Assembly (NCBI GenBank): GCA_016748015.1
Contig: JAAOMT010000029.1
Span: forward strand, 481,140 to 545,139
Direction: 5' to 3'
Length of the DNA stretch: 64,000 nt
From: Geosiphon pyriformis uo1
Lineage: Eukaryota > Fungi > Glomeromycota
A model generated the notes under the pieces. It searched no databases and was not told where the DNA came from. It was given only the letters and a program-made list of their open reading frames with translations. A program made the position numbers and the translations under genes. This document shows positions 12,225 through 26,100 of the stretch, one piece after another. Each line of letters starts with the position of its first letter. The stretch's first letter is position 1.

Positions 12225-15200
12225 ATGGGAGTTCCAGCCCTGTTCAGGTAAAAAGTTTAGACTAATCTTTCACGAAGCTCATCATTGACTTTATGCTAAC
12301 TAACTTATTACGTATTAGATGGCTTGCCAACAAATACCCCAAGATTGTTGAAAGAGTAATAGAGGAACAGCCTGTGACTATTCAGGGCACTGAGATTCCT
12401 GTCGATCTTTCCAAGCAAAATCCGAACGGAACGGAATTTGACAACCTTTATCTTGACATGAACGGAATTGTTCACCCTTGTTGTCACCCTGAAAATAAGG
12501 CGATAATTCCTCCATTAAGAAAATACAAGAACAATCAATAACAACGATGGTCTAACTTATTTTTGCTCTCTTTAGGTAGCTCCTGCTACAGAGAACGAAA
12601 TGATGATTGAGATTTTCAAATATACTGAGAGAATAATCGCAATGGTTCGCCCGAGAAAGCTTCTTTATTTAGCTTTAGGTATCTGCAAATTTCTTTTTAA
12701 CAAATTTGATTCGCAAATAGATAACTTAATCTAACATTAATTGAAAAATTTTCCATGAAGACGGGGTAGCCCCCCGGGCGAAGATGAATCAACAACGATC
12801 TCGTAGGTTTAGAACAGCCAAAGAATCTCGAGAGAAACTTGAAGACGAAGAAAGGTTGATTTCGGATCTCAAAGGTTTAAAATAATCATCCTGCTCACGC
12901 ATATTCCATCCTACAATTTACTTTTTAATTTACTAATAAAAAACTTCTTAGCTTCTGGGAAGGTTATCGATCCTGCGAGCCAGCCCAAAAAGGAGTGGGA
13001 CAGTAATTGTATCACCCCAGGTATTTTGATATGAGATCCTCGAGCGTTTTTCAAATTTACAATTAAGCTGACTCTTTCATGCAAAGGAACGCCCTTCATG
13101 TCAAATCTTGCTACCTGCTTGCGATATTGGATCGCTGATAAACTGAATACTGATCCAGGATGGAAAAATGTTTGTATTCCTAAAATTTATTTGCAAATAA
13201 ATACTATTCTTGACATTTTGAGATTCATCCTATCTATTACAGCTGAAGGTTATTCTATCAGATGCTAATGTACCTGGTGAAGGTGAACACAAAATAATGG
13301 ACTTCATTCGTTCACAACGTACCAATCCTAACCATGATCCCAATACGCGTCACGTTATTTATGGTTTGGTAATGTTAACGACAATAATCAGCAATTTTCA
13401 CTTGTTAATCCCTGAGGATCAGTTACCAACTTCTAATCTTTATAAATACAGGATGCTGACTTGATCATGCTTTCCTTGGCTACCCACGAGCCCCATTTTA
13501 AAGTTTTACGTGAAGATGTGTTCTTTAACGAAGGAATTATTAAGGGATGTTTTGTTTGTGGCCAAACTGGTCATCAAGCGAATCAATGCTTAGGTTTGTT
13601 ATATGATAAAATTCCCCTATAAATTCATGATAAATTAACAAAAACAAATTTTATGACCAATAGGAAAACCCAAACAAAAACAAGGTGAATTCGATGAGAA
13701 GGGAAAAGTGACCGGCATCAAACCTTATGTTTTTTTGGATGTTCAAATTCTTCGAGAATATCTCGAAATCGAGCTCAATGTCCCTTCAATCCCCTTCCCT
13801 TTTGATCTTGAAAATGCTCTTGATGATTGGGTGTTTCTTTGCTTTTTTGTTGGAAATGATTTCCTTCCACATCTACCCTCGTTGGAAATCAGAGAAGGAG
13901 CAATTGATACACTTACTACAATTTGGAAAAAAATTTTACCGATCGCTGGTGATTATCTGACAAAGAATGGGAGGGTAAATTAATGATACTAGCAATTGGA
14001 ATGCTTAAATTGATATTGGGAAATTTTAGAGTCCCAAAAAGATATTCAGCAGGATTTTATTCATTGCATTTCCAATTAGGTCCAATTAAACTGCGTCCAG
14101 CATCTCGTCACCGAACTTGGCTTTATCGAGGATGATATATTTCGCCGACGGCGCGAGCGTAACTTAATTTAATTATTTTTATCAATTGGGACGAATTCCC
14201 ATTTATATTCATCAAATAATTAATTAACGTCTTTCATATCCTTTTTGGTGTGTAGAAGAAGAGAGACGAGATCAAGCAAATAAAAGACGCAAATTACAAG
14301 AAGATGTTGCCCAAAATATATATCCTCCCAATGTTCAATCAACTAGAAAAATATCCTTTTGCAAATAGTTGATATTGTATTGTGATCTTGAAGGAGAGAA
14401 TTTGATTTTTAATGTGAATCTTTGACTCTAAAACACGTCTCTTCTGGACCTTCTGTTATACCTATAGGAATTCCGATATTACCAGTCAGAGGAGTAGATC
14501 CGAATGTTCGTGCACAATCCAATTCTGATCTTGTCGCGAATAGAGCAGCGGTACGTTTGGCAAATATTCAAGTCGCCGACTCTTTAAGAGCAGAGCTCAA
14601 TGGTCAAATCTTGCCATCTAAACAAAAAGAGGACTCCGCTGCAGGAGGAACTAAAAGAAAAGCAGATGAAATGAGTGAATCTGGACTAGAAGCCACTGAT
14701 GATTCACAAGGAACAGAATCTACTGAAAAAACTTTTGAAAGTCAAGACACCGTCAGGTAAAATGAATTATTTTATGCTTCACTTTCCAAGGCCACTATTC
14801 CCATATACTAAATATTTGGCTTTAAGACTTTGGGAACCTGGGTTCAAGGAGAGATATTATAGGTCTAAATTCCATGTGGAGTTAAGTGATACTCAATTCC
14901 GAAGAGAGTAAGTGCTTGATTCTTTTTTTTGATTTCTTATCAACTATGAATTTATATCAATGCCTCCGTTATATAGAGTTGTAAAGAATTATGTTGAGGG
15001 CCTTTGCTGGGTTCTTCAATATTATTTCCAAGTAAGTTATAATATTTTAAATATAAATGATATCAAACTTTAATTTATCTCTGACAAAATGTTGCCTCAA
15101 TAATAGGGTGTGCCCTCTTGGAAATGGTACTATCCTTACCATTATGCACCGTTTGCTTCGGACTTTGTTGATATTGCGGATATTAATATCAAGTTTGATT

Positions 15201-16686
15201 TGGGAAAACCTTTCAAACCTTTCGAACAATTAATGGGGGTCTTACCGGCTGCAAGGTTAGTATTTCTCGCGGCTCAGTGTTTGGTCTTTGTGTTAATATT
15301 CTGCTTTCTATCTTTAGTAAAGAGCATTTACCTAAAGCATTAGCCCAACTAATGATCGACAAAGAAAGTGAAATAAATGACTTTTACCCGGAAGATTTTG
15401 AGATAGATTTAAATGGCAAAAAGTTCGCATGGCAAGGTATTTCTCAAAAAAATTTTTAATTAAAAATATAATTACTTAAAACTGTCTTATTTTGAAATTG
15501 GGTTCCTTAGGAGTGGCGCTTTTACCCTTTATTGAGGAAAGCCGTCTATTGGCAGCTTTGGAAAAAGTCTATCCCAATTTGAATGAGGAGGAAACAAATA
15601 GAAACTCAAACGGGTCAGAGATATTGTGCTTTGGAAATAAGCACAAACTATACGAGGAGCTGTGTCCACTTTATGGAAAACGAAATTCTGATGAGGTAAT
15701 TAATGTTTCCGAGGGATTATTAATTTAACTGATTGTTGTTAACATGATTTACATCTAGCCCGTTTCTCTGAAACCGGAAAGCAGTGGAAAGTTATTTGGT
15801 TTTGTTTCGCCAGATCCAGATTGTATACCAGGCAGTACATTTTATTCACCGTTAACAGAACATAATATGCCAGATATTGTAAATGACAAGTCATTAAGGT
15901 ATGTTTTCAGAACCCATTGATATCTGAATAAATATGGACCACTCATCATCCAACCTGCCTCTTAGTGTATTGTACACACGACCCCCAAAAATAGAAGAAT
16001 GGCAACAAAAGTCAATCTTATTACCAAATGTCAAATTTTCACCTCGCGTCTTAAATACCCAAGATCATGAATTTGTCAGGAACGGAAATTCTAAGCGAAG
16101 AGATCAAGGAGGACGTCGGGGATTTGTTTATCAGAATAATCGGCAAGATATCAATCGTTCTGCTCACGAACGCCAAGGTTAAAGCATATTTATCTCCTTT
16201 ATATTGATTATTTTTTATGCTTAATACTAAACATTATACTATTTCGCAGAATATGGTGGCTCACGTAGAAACACAAAACAAGGATGGTATCAGGGACCTT
16301 CGCAACAGCAGCAATACACAACTTCACATTCTGGTTACGCTTCACATCCCTATGATGCCCAAAGATCTTATTCTCAATATTATGATTCGAATTCACAATA
16401 TTCTACATATAATTCTAACAGTCAATCAGCTCGTCAAGCTTATCAATCTATCAAAGGACATTATGACCCCACAAACTCAAATAGCTCCCAATATTATAGA
16501 GAAGGACAACAAACAACTCAAGCCAATTCAAGATGGCAACACCCCACATATCCATATCCGCAAAGTGGTGACTATAGGAATAATGATGTTAATCATAATC
16601 AATACGGGAACAATCAATATAATTCCAACAATCCGCCTAATCGACCATTCACTGGATATCCGCCTCATCAACCTAGTAGACGGTAG
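12225..16686 (+). CDS. XRN2: Nuclear 5'-3' exoribonuclease 2 (Rat1/Dhp1/XRN2); about 20 exons
   Basis: [95 protein letters not shown] knuckle [14 protein letters not shown] (Xrn2-typical), [50 protein letters not shown]. It lacks the long Xrn1 C-terminus. Confidence 0.95.
14351..14436 (+). other. U12-type (minor spliceosome) AT-AC intron in XRN2
   Basis: 5' site ATATCCTTTT, branch-like TCTTTGAC with its A 11 nt upstream of the terminal base, and 3' end ...AAACAC. Removal joins ...QSTRK to VSSGPS... in frame. Confidence 0.85.
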
Positions 16687-16899
16687 TGAAGTATCCATCA
16701 GTTATAGATTAATATTGTATCTAATTCGGATCTATTAGAGCAAATCTTATTTTGCGATCATTTAAAAAATCAAGGAAATTAAAATTATTAATGAATCAAG
16801 ATTACGTTATATTAAGAATCATGCCTGTCATCATCAATATATAGAATCAAACACAGATCAAATTAATTGGCTTGAGTTTTGAATCGTGATTATAAGAAA

Positions 16900-18400
16900 A
16901 AAAATTTTTTTTTTTTTTATTCATGTTTTTTTATTGTCAAATGTGGTGTTTTTCGACAGATCATTGCCGGTTTCTGATGCAAAACAACCCATTGGGTCAT
17001 CTGATCTTAAAGATTGAGCTAATCAAATGAATGCTGTTTTAAGCGGTGTTCAAAAAACAATTTCTAGTTGTCAAAGATTTTTTGGATGAGTGGTTTTTAC
17101 TTTAATGTTTGGTATTACTTTTAAGATCAAATTGGCTTTGGTTAAGTCTTTGTTTTATTTATTGTTTGGCTTTGTTAGACTTAAGTTTATTTCAAAAGAC
17201 AATATCAAATTGTTTTGTATTTTTAAGTCTTTTTTGGTTGTTATTACCAAAATTGCTATTAGTAATTCTCTTTTCTTAATTACATTTAAGATTGCACTTT
17301 ATAATGTTATTTTGAATATGTTTTTTAATAACATTAAAAATACTTTAAGTGTTTTTGATGTTGTTATTTTAATTAAATTAAAATTTACTGATTTGTAATA
17401 GTATATTATTGTCTATTTTAAGGATTTTTTTTCTGTTACTACTGTTTTTAATAACTGGTTTTATATTAATTAAAAAAGATAGTATTAGAATTTTTTTTGC
17501 TTAATCAAAAAAAAATTATTATTTTAAGAGATATTTTTAAGACTAAATTTGTTTATTTATTTTTTTGGCTATATTGTTTTTGAAATTAATGATTTGATTT
17601 CTCAAGTTAATAGTTATATTTGTTTTATTTTTTGTTTTTTTGATTCTTATTATTGTTAACACTTTGTTATTATTACTTTTAAGTTTTTGGGAATTTTAAA
17701 TTTTGTTATTCTAAAAACTAATACTTTATATAAAAGTTATATTTAATAAAAAACTTTTAAATATTATTAATATTACAAATATTAAAGTTTGAATTATTTG
17801 GCTTTAAATTATAAAATATATTTGTTTTTTTATTTAAGATTATTTCCAAATTTATTAATAATTTTACTAATTCTGTTCTATTTTTTATTAATATAAAATT
17901 TTATGTTAAAGTTGTTGTTTTTTTGGTTTTTTTTATATTGTTTCTTTGGCTGTTTTTGTTATTAATTTTGAGTTTAATTTTAGTTTGAATTCTTTAAAAT
18001 TTTAAATTATGAACTTAATTGTTTTGATTAAATTTATTGTTAAATTAATTGGTTTTTTGATTATCTTAGTTATTTTTTTTTAATTATAAATATATGTAAA
18101 AATTTCAAAATAAAAAAAAATTTGCTTACTATATTAAATGTTTTTAAAAAATTTGTTAGTTTTTTGGCTAGTATATCTAAAAACTTTGTTAGTTTTAAAG
18201 GTAAAATAAAATTTAATAACATAAATATTTGATTACTTTGTAATAAATATGTAATTTTAATATTAAAAATAATATTAAAAAAACTAAACTGTTTTTTAAT
18301 AAATTTATTTTTAATATTCAAAATTTAAATAATATTATAAAAAAACTTAATAGTTTAAATTTTTTTAATATTTTCTAATTTAGTTTAATTAATATTTTAA
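16900..18400 (+). mobile_element. Highly eroded LINE-like 5' region (ORF1-like)
   Basis: T-rich strand bias as in the other + strand LINE copies. Residual RRM-like text (IKNTLSVFDVVILIKLK) in ORF 17090..17398. Boundaries are approximate. Confidence 0.4.
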
Positions 18401-18769
18401 TTAACTTAAATAATTGATTATATATAAAAAGTATATAAAACATATTTAATTTAAGTTACTTAATTTGATATATTATATTAAATAATATTTAAACATAATT
18501 TTTTAAAACTTAATAAAAATTTTTTTATTAAAAACTTTTATTTTTAAGATTACAAATACTTAGTAGATTTTAAAGACATATTTTTTTAAAAAAACTGTGT
18601 TTATGTCTAAAAACAAAATTTACTTATAAGTTTATTAAATAAAATAAATATAAATATAATTTTTTTCTATAATACAAACAAAAAATTGATAATATAACAG
18701 AAGTTTTTAAAACTTTTTATTATTTAAAGTTTTAAAAATAAATAAAACTTAATAAAAAATAAATTTCTT

Positions 18770-19830
18770 TCTTTCTATTGTTTCAAATTCTTAAAAAAGA
18801 GTTAAAAGTTTTTTGAAAGAAGTTTTTTGCAATTCAATATAATAAATCCAAACCTTTCTTGCTTGATTTTGAGATTACTGTTAACTGTTATAAAAAAAAC
18901 TGTCAAAGACTTTGGTTTTAATACTGTAAGTGAAGGTGTTGTCTTTAGAAAAAAGAGAAAAGAAGGTGTTTTAAAAGATGGTGCTATTTGTGAAGTGATT
19001 TTGTTTAATAAACCAGTTGGGTGTTCTTGAAGATCTAAAACTGGTAATACTACTGAATCTGATAGTATTAATATGAAAAAAGAGTTTTTGGTCAAGAAAA
19101 CCAATGTAAATTATGATAAAGAAAATGTTCTGAAAAGGGAAGATATAAACCAAATGCCAAAGAGACCTAGGTTGATTATTAAGAAGACTTTGAACAAACT
19201 ATTAGACAAGATTAATTTTTTAAGCAATGACATTGATAATGATATTCTCTTAGATAGTTCTGTGGTTCTTTCCCTTTTCTAAAAAATCTGGTTAATGCAT
19301 CAGTTAAAAAGTTTTTTGTTTTGGATATTAATCTAAACAATATTATTAAAAAGTTGGTTCAAGAAAAGTTTGTGGTTGTCAGAAAATTATTTTCAAAAGT
19401 CAATGGTTTTGGAGGACATCTACTCCCTCAAAATTTGCTGAGATTATTAGAACAATGTTCACTTCCAAATTTAGCTTAAATCAAGCTATTAAAAGAGCAA
19501 AGGGTGCAAAGATCTTAGTAAACACCAATCTCAAAAAATCTGCTGGTCATTCAAATTGAACTGTGGTAATAAAAAAAATTCCAGTTGAAACATCAGCTGA
19601 GGCTATGCATACTGTACTGTCTGAGTTTAGAATAATTAAGTCAATCAAGATACAATTAATAGAACTTTGGCAAAAAACTGTGATTGAGTTTGAGTATTCA
19701 AATCATGCTGATTTGGTTACAGCAAAGTGGTCCATCCTAATCAGAAAAAATGCCATATGTGTTGCTAGGTCTGATAAAGACAAAGAATCTTAAGATAAAA
19801 AAGAAAGTCATAGAGCATTGCTCTATAATG
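18770..19830 (+). mobile_element. Degenerate LINE 5' fragment (ORF1, RRM)
   Basis: VIKKIPVETSAEAMHTVLSEFRIIKSIKIQLIELWQKTV matches VIVKEIPVDL...VQLIGLWQKAL of the young LINE. The GFGG.STPSKF-coding DNA is visible at ~19405-19440. Confidence 0.8.
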
Positions 19831-20029
19831 CAAACTATTTATAATCATTAAAAATATAAATCAGTCCAAAATTTTAAATAATGATCTTTATGTGTTTTTA
19901 TTTATATAATTAAATTTTATTGGTTAATATACATGTGTTTTTAATATATTATTTATAATAAAAAATAAAATTTTATTAAATTTTATATAATATAAAACCA
20001 AATACAGTATTATAAAATTTGAATATTAT

Positions 20030-20890
20030 TTAATTTGTTTAATTCTTCAAAAATATTATCTGGAATTCTTCTATAAGATTTATACTTTTTTATAGCATAT
20101 TTTACTAATTTTCTACTAAGACCTTTTCTATAAAGATTCATATAACACCAATATTTTTTTGAAAATCGGCTAATAGTTATTAAAAATACTAATTCAAGAC
20201 TTTTAGATACTGTTTTTTGTAATTTTTTTCATGAATAATCACATTTACTACATGCATATCTTTTAGTAACTCTTCAATATCTTTCAATAAAATTTAATTT
20301 GCAATGAAATTTTGGAAAAAAAATGCACTTATGTCTTATACTTTTGATTAATTCTTTAATTGCATTTTTTTGAGCAAAAAAATCAGATTCTAAAGATATT
20401 ACTTAATATACATAACAAAAAACTCTTGAAGAATCTTTGATTTTTTCTTTGTATTTTTGGCATTCTAATATTAATTTTTTTGATGGCCTTTTTCTCATTC
20501 TATTAATACTTGTTTAATTTCTTTAGACAATCCTTAAAGTTTTTTATCTGAATATGTTTTCAGAAATATCATTGATTGTAATTAATTATCTAATCCAAAA
20601 GAAGTATCTTGCATCAATAATTGCTTTTCACTTGAACTTAAATTCATTCTGCTTACAATTAAAATATCTTTACTAAATGCTGCATAATTAAAGCTATTAT
20701 TAAAAACAAATACAGCTGTACAATCTGAATATAATTTCTCAAAAATTGGAATTGCTTTATATTTAATTTGTTTAAGAAAATAGTCTGCTGTCCAATAACT
20801 ATCTTGATTTATACTAAATTGCAAATAGCATTGTGTTTTTTCCAGTAAATTAGAATAGTTTTCTATATCATTTTGTTGTAAATGTAAACA
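20030..20890 (-). pseudogene. Degenerate IS630/Tc1-mariner-type DDE transposase fragment
   Basis: The minus strand at ~20270-20330 reads CIFFPKFHCKLNFIERY(W). ORF 20582..20824 has YWTA..FLKQI..KAIPIFE...AVFVFNNS.N..AFS.D...SRMNL, typical of fungal DDE transposases. No TIRs were recognised. Confidence 0.7.
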
Positions 20891-20891
20891 T

Positions 20892-21591
20892 TATTACAGA
20901 TAATTATTTGGGGTCTCATATTAAATAACAAACCTGTAACTTGGTGCTTAATAGCTAATTTCATTGGTATTATTTAAAGATTTTTGTGATTTGAAGGTTT
21001 TGGTTAAGTTTATTGTATAATAAACAGAGATTCAATAGTTGTTTCAGTAGTCTCCTAGAATTGCAATTCTATTGAATTTTATTTTTCAGCATAGTGGCTG
21101 GTTTATTCTAACAGTTATGCCCTTTTGGTAAGCTATCCTCAATTTCCAAATTTTTTATCCTTGTTTTACAGATCTTTTACCAGACTATCTTTGACATCAA
21201 TAACTTAGCACTGAATCTCTTTAATCAGTTAATAATACAACAAAAAAAAATAAAAAAAAATAAAAAAAATAAAGAGATAAAGAAATAAGCCAAAGCAATA
21301 AAAAGTTAGTATTCTGTAAATAGTCATAATTAAGAGCTATTGTTTTAGTGTAATTAAGTATTAAATACTATTAATATGTAATGTTGATAGTGGGAAAAAT
21401 AATTTGGATAGTAAATAGTTATTTTATTGATATTGCTAATTCTATTCTGTCAGATCTTTGTATTAATTCTGTCTTTTCTGCTTCTAATGCTCTTGTTATA
21501 TATACATAATTTGGGTTTTATAAGATTATTTATATTTTCAAGTGATGTGTTATAATTTTTTAAGCAATGCTCACATTGCTAAGCAATATGT
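20892..21591 (-). mobile_element. LTR E: partial LTR (same variant as 943-1749), interrupted by element B
   Basis: Begins TATTACAGATAATTATTTGGGGTC (eroded TGTTAC) after ACAT and is colinear with 943-1670. Its remaining end was not found. Confidence 0.85.
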
Positions 21592-22271
21592 TGTTACTTA
21601 TAGAATATAGAAAATATAGTAGCATATAAATTAGCCAATCAGAAGTAGCCATAGTAAATATGGAATTTCAAGATTCCTCTCAAAAAAATTGCAGGATTCC
21701 AAAAATTTCAGGATTCTTGTACAAGAAATTGCAGGATTCCAGAATTTCAGGATTCTTCTTAGAAGAATTGCAGGATTCCAGGAATTTCAAGATTTCTGTT
21801 GTGAAGAATTAAGAAATTGAGGAATCTCAATTATGTATATATAACAGTAGTATTAGAAGTAGAAAAAACAGACCTCTCTGTTTAGATTTAATCTAAGCAA
21901 TCTTCTACTTTACAAATATTAATAAATAATTATTTAATATCTCAAAATTCACTCTCCACTATCAACACTTTATGTTAATAATAATTGATACTTAATACCA
22001 CTAGAACAATAGCTCTTGATTATGGCTATTGACAAGATACTAATACACAAATTGTCTTGGTTTATTTCTTTTATTTTTTTTATTTTTTTTTATTTTTTTG
22101 TCATTTTTTTGGGTTTTACTAATTGATTAAGGATTAAGTGCTGAATTATTGATGTTAAAGATTGTCTGGTAAAAAACCTCTGCAAGTGAGTAAAGCATGT
22201 TGTTACTCATAGAAATATAGGAAATATATTAACATAATTATTAGCCAATCAGAAGTAAGCGTAGTAAATGT

Positions 22272-22430
22272 GAAATTCCAGAATTTCTCTTAGAAATTGC
22301 AGGATTCCAGGAATTTCAGGATTCCCAATGAGGAATTGCAGGATTCCAGAATTCCAGGATTCCTCTCAAAGGAATTGCAGGATTCCAGGAATTCCAGGAT
22401 TTCTGTTGTGAAGAATTGAGGAATCCCAAT
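22272..22430 (+). repeat. LTR U3 tandem array of ~39-bp units built from GGAATTCC/GGATTCC/GGAATTGC motifs (also at ~21660, 31533, 34680, 40163, 49400, 54050)
   Basis: About 3-4 imperfect copies of GGAATTGCAGGATTCCAG(G)AATTCCAGGATTCCTCTCAA lie upstream of a TATA-like TATATATAG. Confidence 0.85.
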
Positions 22431-23137
22431 TATGTATATATAGCAGTAGTATTAGAAACAGAAAAGACAGAATTGATATCACAGAATCCTTAGCCTAGAA
22501 ATGCAATCATTAAATAAAAATAATTATTTCATATCTCAAATTCACTCTCCACTATCAACACTTCATGTTGATAGTAATTGATACTTAACCATGCTGGAAC
22601 AATAGCTCTTGATCATGGCTATTGATGGAATACTAATCTGCAAATTGCCTTGGCTTATTTCTTTTACTTTCTTTAATTTTTTTTATTTATTTTTTTATTT
22701 ATTTTGTTTTGATTTATTGTTGTGTACTAATTGATAAAAGATTAAGCACTGAGTTATTGATGTCAAGGATAGCCTGATAAAAGACCCAAAAATAAGGGTA
22801 GGATTTATATATTATCGGATAGCTTACCAGAAGGGCATGACTGCCAGACTAAATCTGGCCACCATGCTGAAAAAAAAATTGGGAAAACTTTTGAAAAGAT
22901 ACATCTACCATTAACACTATTGAATCTCTGTCCATTATACAAAAGACTCAACCAAAACCTTCAGATTCATCAAAACCTTCAGATATCATACCTTCCACAC
23001 ATCATCCACAGAAGTAGCTTTTGAGCACCAAGTTATGGGTTTGTTATTCAACAGCAGAAATAATCACCTGTAACATTTGGTGCTTCCTGTAAGGTATAAT
23101 CCTACAGAGAACCAGCACTGACAACACCAAACCAAAA

Positions 23138-26100
23138 GTGGCAGAATCAGAAATTATAGGAGCAAACCATTTAGGATTTGCAAAATCCTTATTTCAACAC
23201 TATTGTCAATACTTGGGATTAAACCACAATCATATATCCGCCAAATCAGCCTTCAATTTCTACGTCAATGAAAAGATTTCCTCTTTATTAGGAACACCAG
23301 TGAATACTGAATCAACAAGAGAAACTTTCTATAAGGAATTAATTCAAAACACCAACCTACCAACAAATCATAATTTTGCATCCATCATCACTGAAATCAA
23401 CAAAAAAATTGAACACCACACTCAACAAAGATATCTAATTACATACACTAGTAAAGGCAAGAGAAACACCAGCAGTAACACTCTGAAAAATACAGCCACC
23501 TGCTTGGAAGAAAAACAGAGTTGAATTTCCAAATAATCCATCATACCACTATACACCTGGAAGTGCCATTAACATATCATCAACTGACACATTTTTATCA
23601 ACTGCGACATCAGCATTTGGACAATTCCCATTCCAAAGTAGACAAAAGAAAACAGAATTGTTAGGACCATACGATGAATACTTTGAGGGATTTAATTCAT
23701 GATCATCAACCCCATCAGGACTTTAATCACCACCGCCTCCACCAGATTTCGGAATCTCTGATCCATGAGAAGCAGCAGAATCAGAAAAAGAGAAAGAAGA
23801 ATCAGAGGATCAAGAATTTACTTACCAAAACCCGATCATTGAAACCCCGGAAGTTGAAACCCTGAATCTTTAAGCTCAGCAAAATTTAAATATAAAAAAT
23901 TCAGAAATCGAAACTCCGAATCAGCAAAAACAGAACAATCCAAAACCCAAATTAATTAATCAGCAAAACTTACCTCCGATAATCATCATTGATCAACTGC
24001 CGATTAATCCAGTAGCTGAACCTATACAACAGCCACTTCAACTACCACCCCAACAACTGCTTCAACAGTTACCACAACCACCTAATTTAGACCCAATGGC
24101 CTATGCACCAATCGCAAAACTCGACAACTTTACTGGTAAAGAGGATAACGCTTAAGTATGGCTGAACGATGTAAAAAAGGCCATTGCAGCCAACGAATGG
24201 AATGACACCCAAGCCATGCAAGCCATTCCCTACTTTCTCAAGGATACCGCCAATTCATGATATCAAAGCTTGGTTAATAAACCACAAGATTTCAATGCCT
24301 TCAAAGCGGAATTCCTAAGATACTTCAGCAACAATAACAGCATCAATTGCCTAGTCAATGCATTTACTACTATGAAACAAAGAGAAACTCAAGCAGTTAC
24401 CACTTACCTGGGATGCTTTTATTGAAACCTATGCCAAATTCAAGCAATTGACACCAACTATTTCACAATACCACAGATACTTAATCAGTTTATCCATGGC
24501 CTGCGCAGCAGCATCTTGCAACATGTACATCCATTGCATCCTAGTACACTTCAAGACACAGTTACACACACCAGAGATTTTGAATCTGCTGAGTCAGAGG
24601 CTAACCATGCCCAAGCTGTTAATCTAGTAATGAATAGATCATTTGAATTGGATTCCAAATTGGAGAAGTTTAGTGAATCAATCAATAAGAGATTGGAAGG
24701 ATACTTAGCTGACAATCATGCCATTTATCAGCCTGCACAATGATACAATAATCAAGGAAACTCTAATCGTGCCCAAAATCAACCACATCCATCTTCATCA
24801 ACCAATCAACAATGGCAACAAGAAATGCGTATCTGCCATTATTGTGGTAAACAAGGATATATCCAAATTGACTGTCACCAGTGTTTAAATAACCAATGAT
24901 CGGGAAATCAATATCAAAACCCTGATCGCTGGTTCCAAACTCCAAATTAGTACTCAAATCAAAACCCACCTGCTTATCTACCAGTGACACAGTCATTAGG
25001 CTATCAGTCCCCAGTATATCAACCTCCGATTTATCAGCCGCAGCCACAAGTAATATATTAACCACAGCCACAAATAATCTATCAACCCCAACAGATCCAA
25101 ACACTGCCCCAAAGCTTACCACCCAACGGAACCCAAAGACCGAGAATGACTCAACAGAGCTGGAGATCGGCGATGATAGTCTATTAACTGATCTCCAGTT
25201 CTTTACAGCAACCATCTAGATTATGCCAATGGAATTCGGGTACTGGTCAACCTCAGAACCCAAATTCCCAGCACTATTTAAGTCTCCTGATTACCCCAGA
25301 AGATGCTTTAACCAACAACCCGGCATTTACCCAAAAACAACCACTTACCAGTAATATCTCACCTGCTATCATCACTGAAAACGAGTCATTGTCTACTATC
25401 TTCCCATTCGAATTTGAGGAAACAGCTGCAATGCCATTATTTAGTGGAGCCGCTTTTGAAGCCAAACCAATCACCACAATGTACACTAATGCCAAAGTTA
25501 AAGAACAATCCATCAAATTGATCCTGGACAGTGGTTCTACAGACAGCATAATCACAAGACAACTCATGAATCAATTAGGTTGCCGAATTGATCAAGCTGC
25601 CAGCACCAGAATTATTACAGCTGATAGAGTGACCAAAACTCCAATCGGCAAAATCAATGACTTTTCTTTTGAAGTCAATGGCATCATGACTCCCATTAAA
25701 GTTCTAGTAATGGAAGCCACTCAATACCAAGCTCTCGTAGGTAATGACTGGCTATCCAAAGTCAACGCGATGTTAGACTGGAACATCCAAGAACTCCAGC
25801 TAATGTATCAAGGCCAACACATACATGTTTCGGCCATGTGTGGCCACTTCAAAACTCCTCTAAGAGAGAAACTATTGATCAAACTGGAGGAGGAGAAAGA
25901 AAAGCCTACCTGGGAAGCCTACCAAGTGTTGTGGGCGGACAAAGAGCACAACAAACTACCACCAATACTCTCCTGAGATGACAGCAACAAAGAAAAAGGG
26001 AAACAAAAGGAAGAACTTACCTGGGAAACTGATGACCTGACATGGACCGACAACGATGAGAGCGAACCGACTTCAAGCTGGGAATGGGAAGAAAACAAAG

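Noticed and set aside
12225-16686. Identity as XRN1
   Set aside because: The internal CCHC knuckle, short length and absence of Xrn1 C-terminal domains indicate XRN2/Rat1.
16217-16738. 173-aa ORF as a separate gene
   Set aside because: It is an alternative frame over the last XRN2 exon, which splices into a different frame.
22272-22430. Palindromic periodic repeats as a CRISPR-like array
   Set aside because: No unique spacers, eukaryotic context, and the array is an integral part of each LTR.
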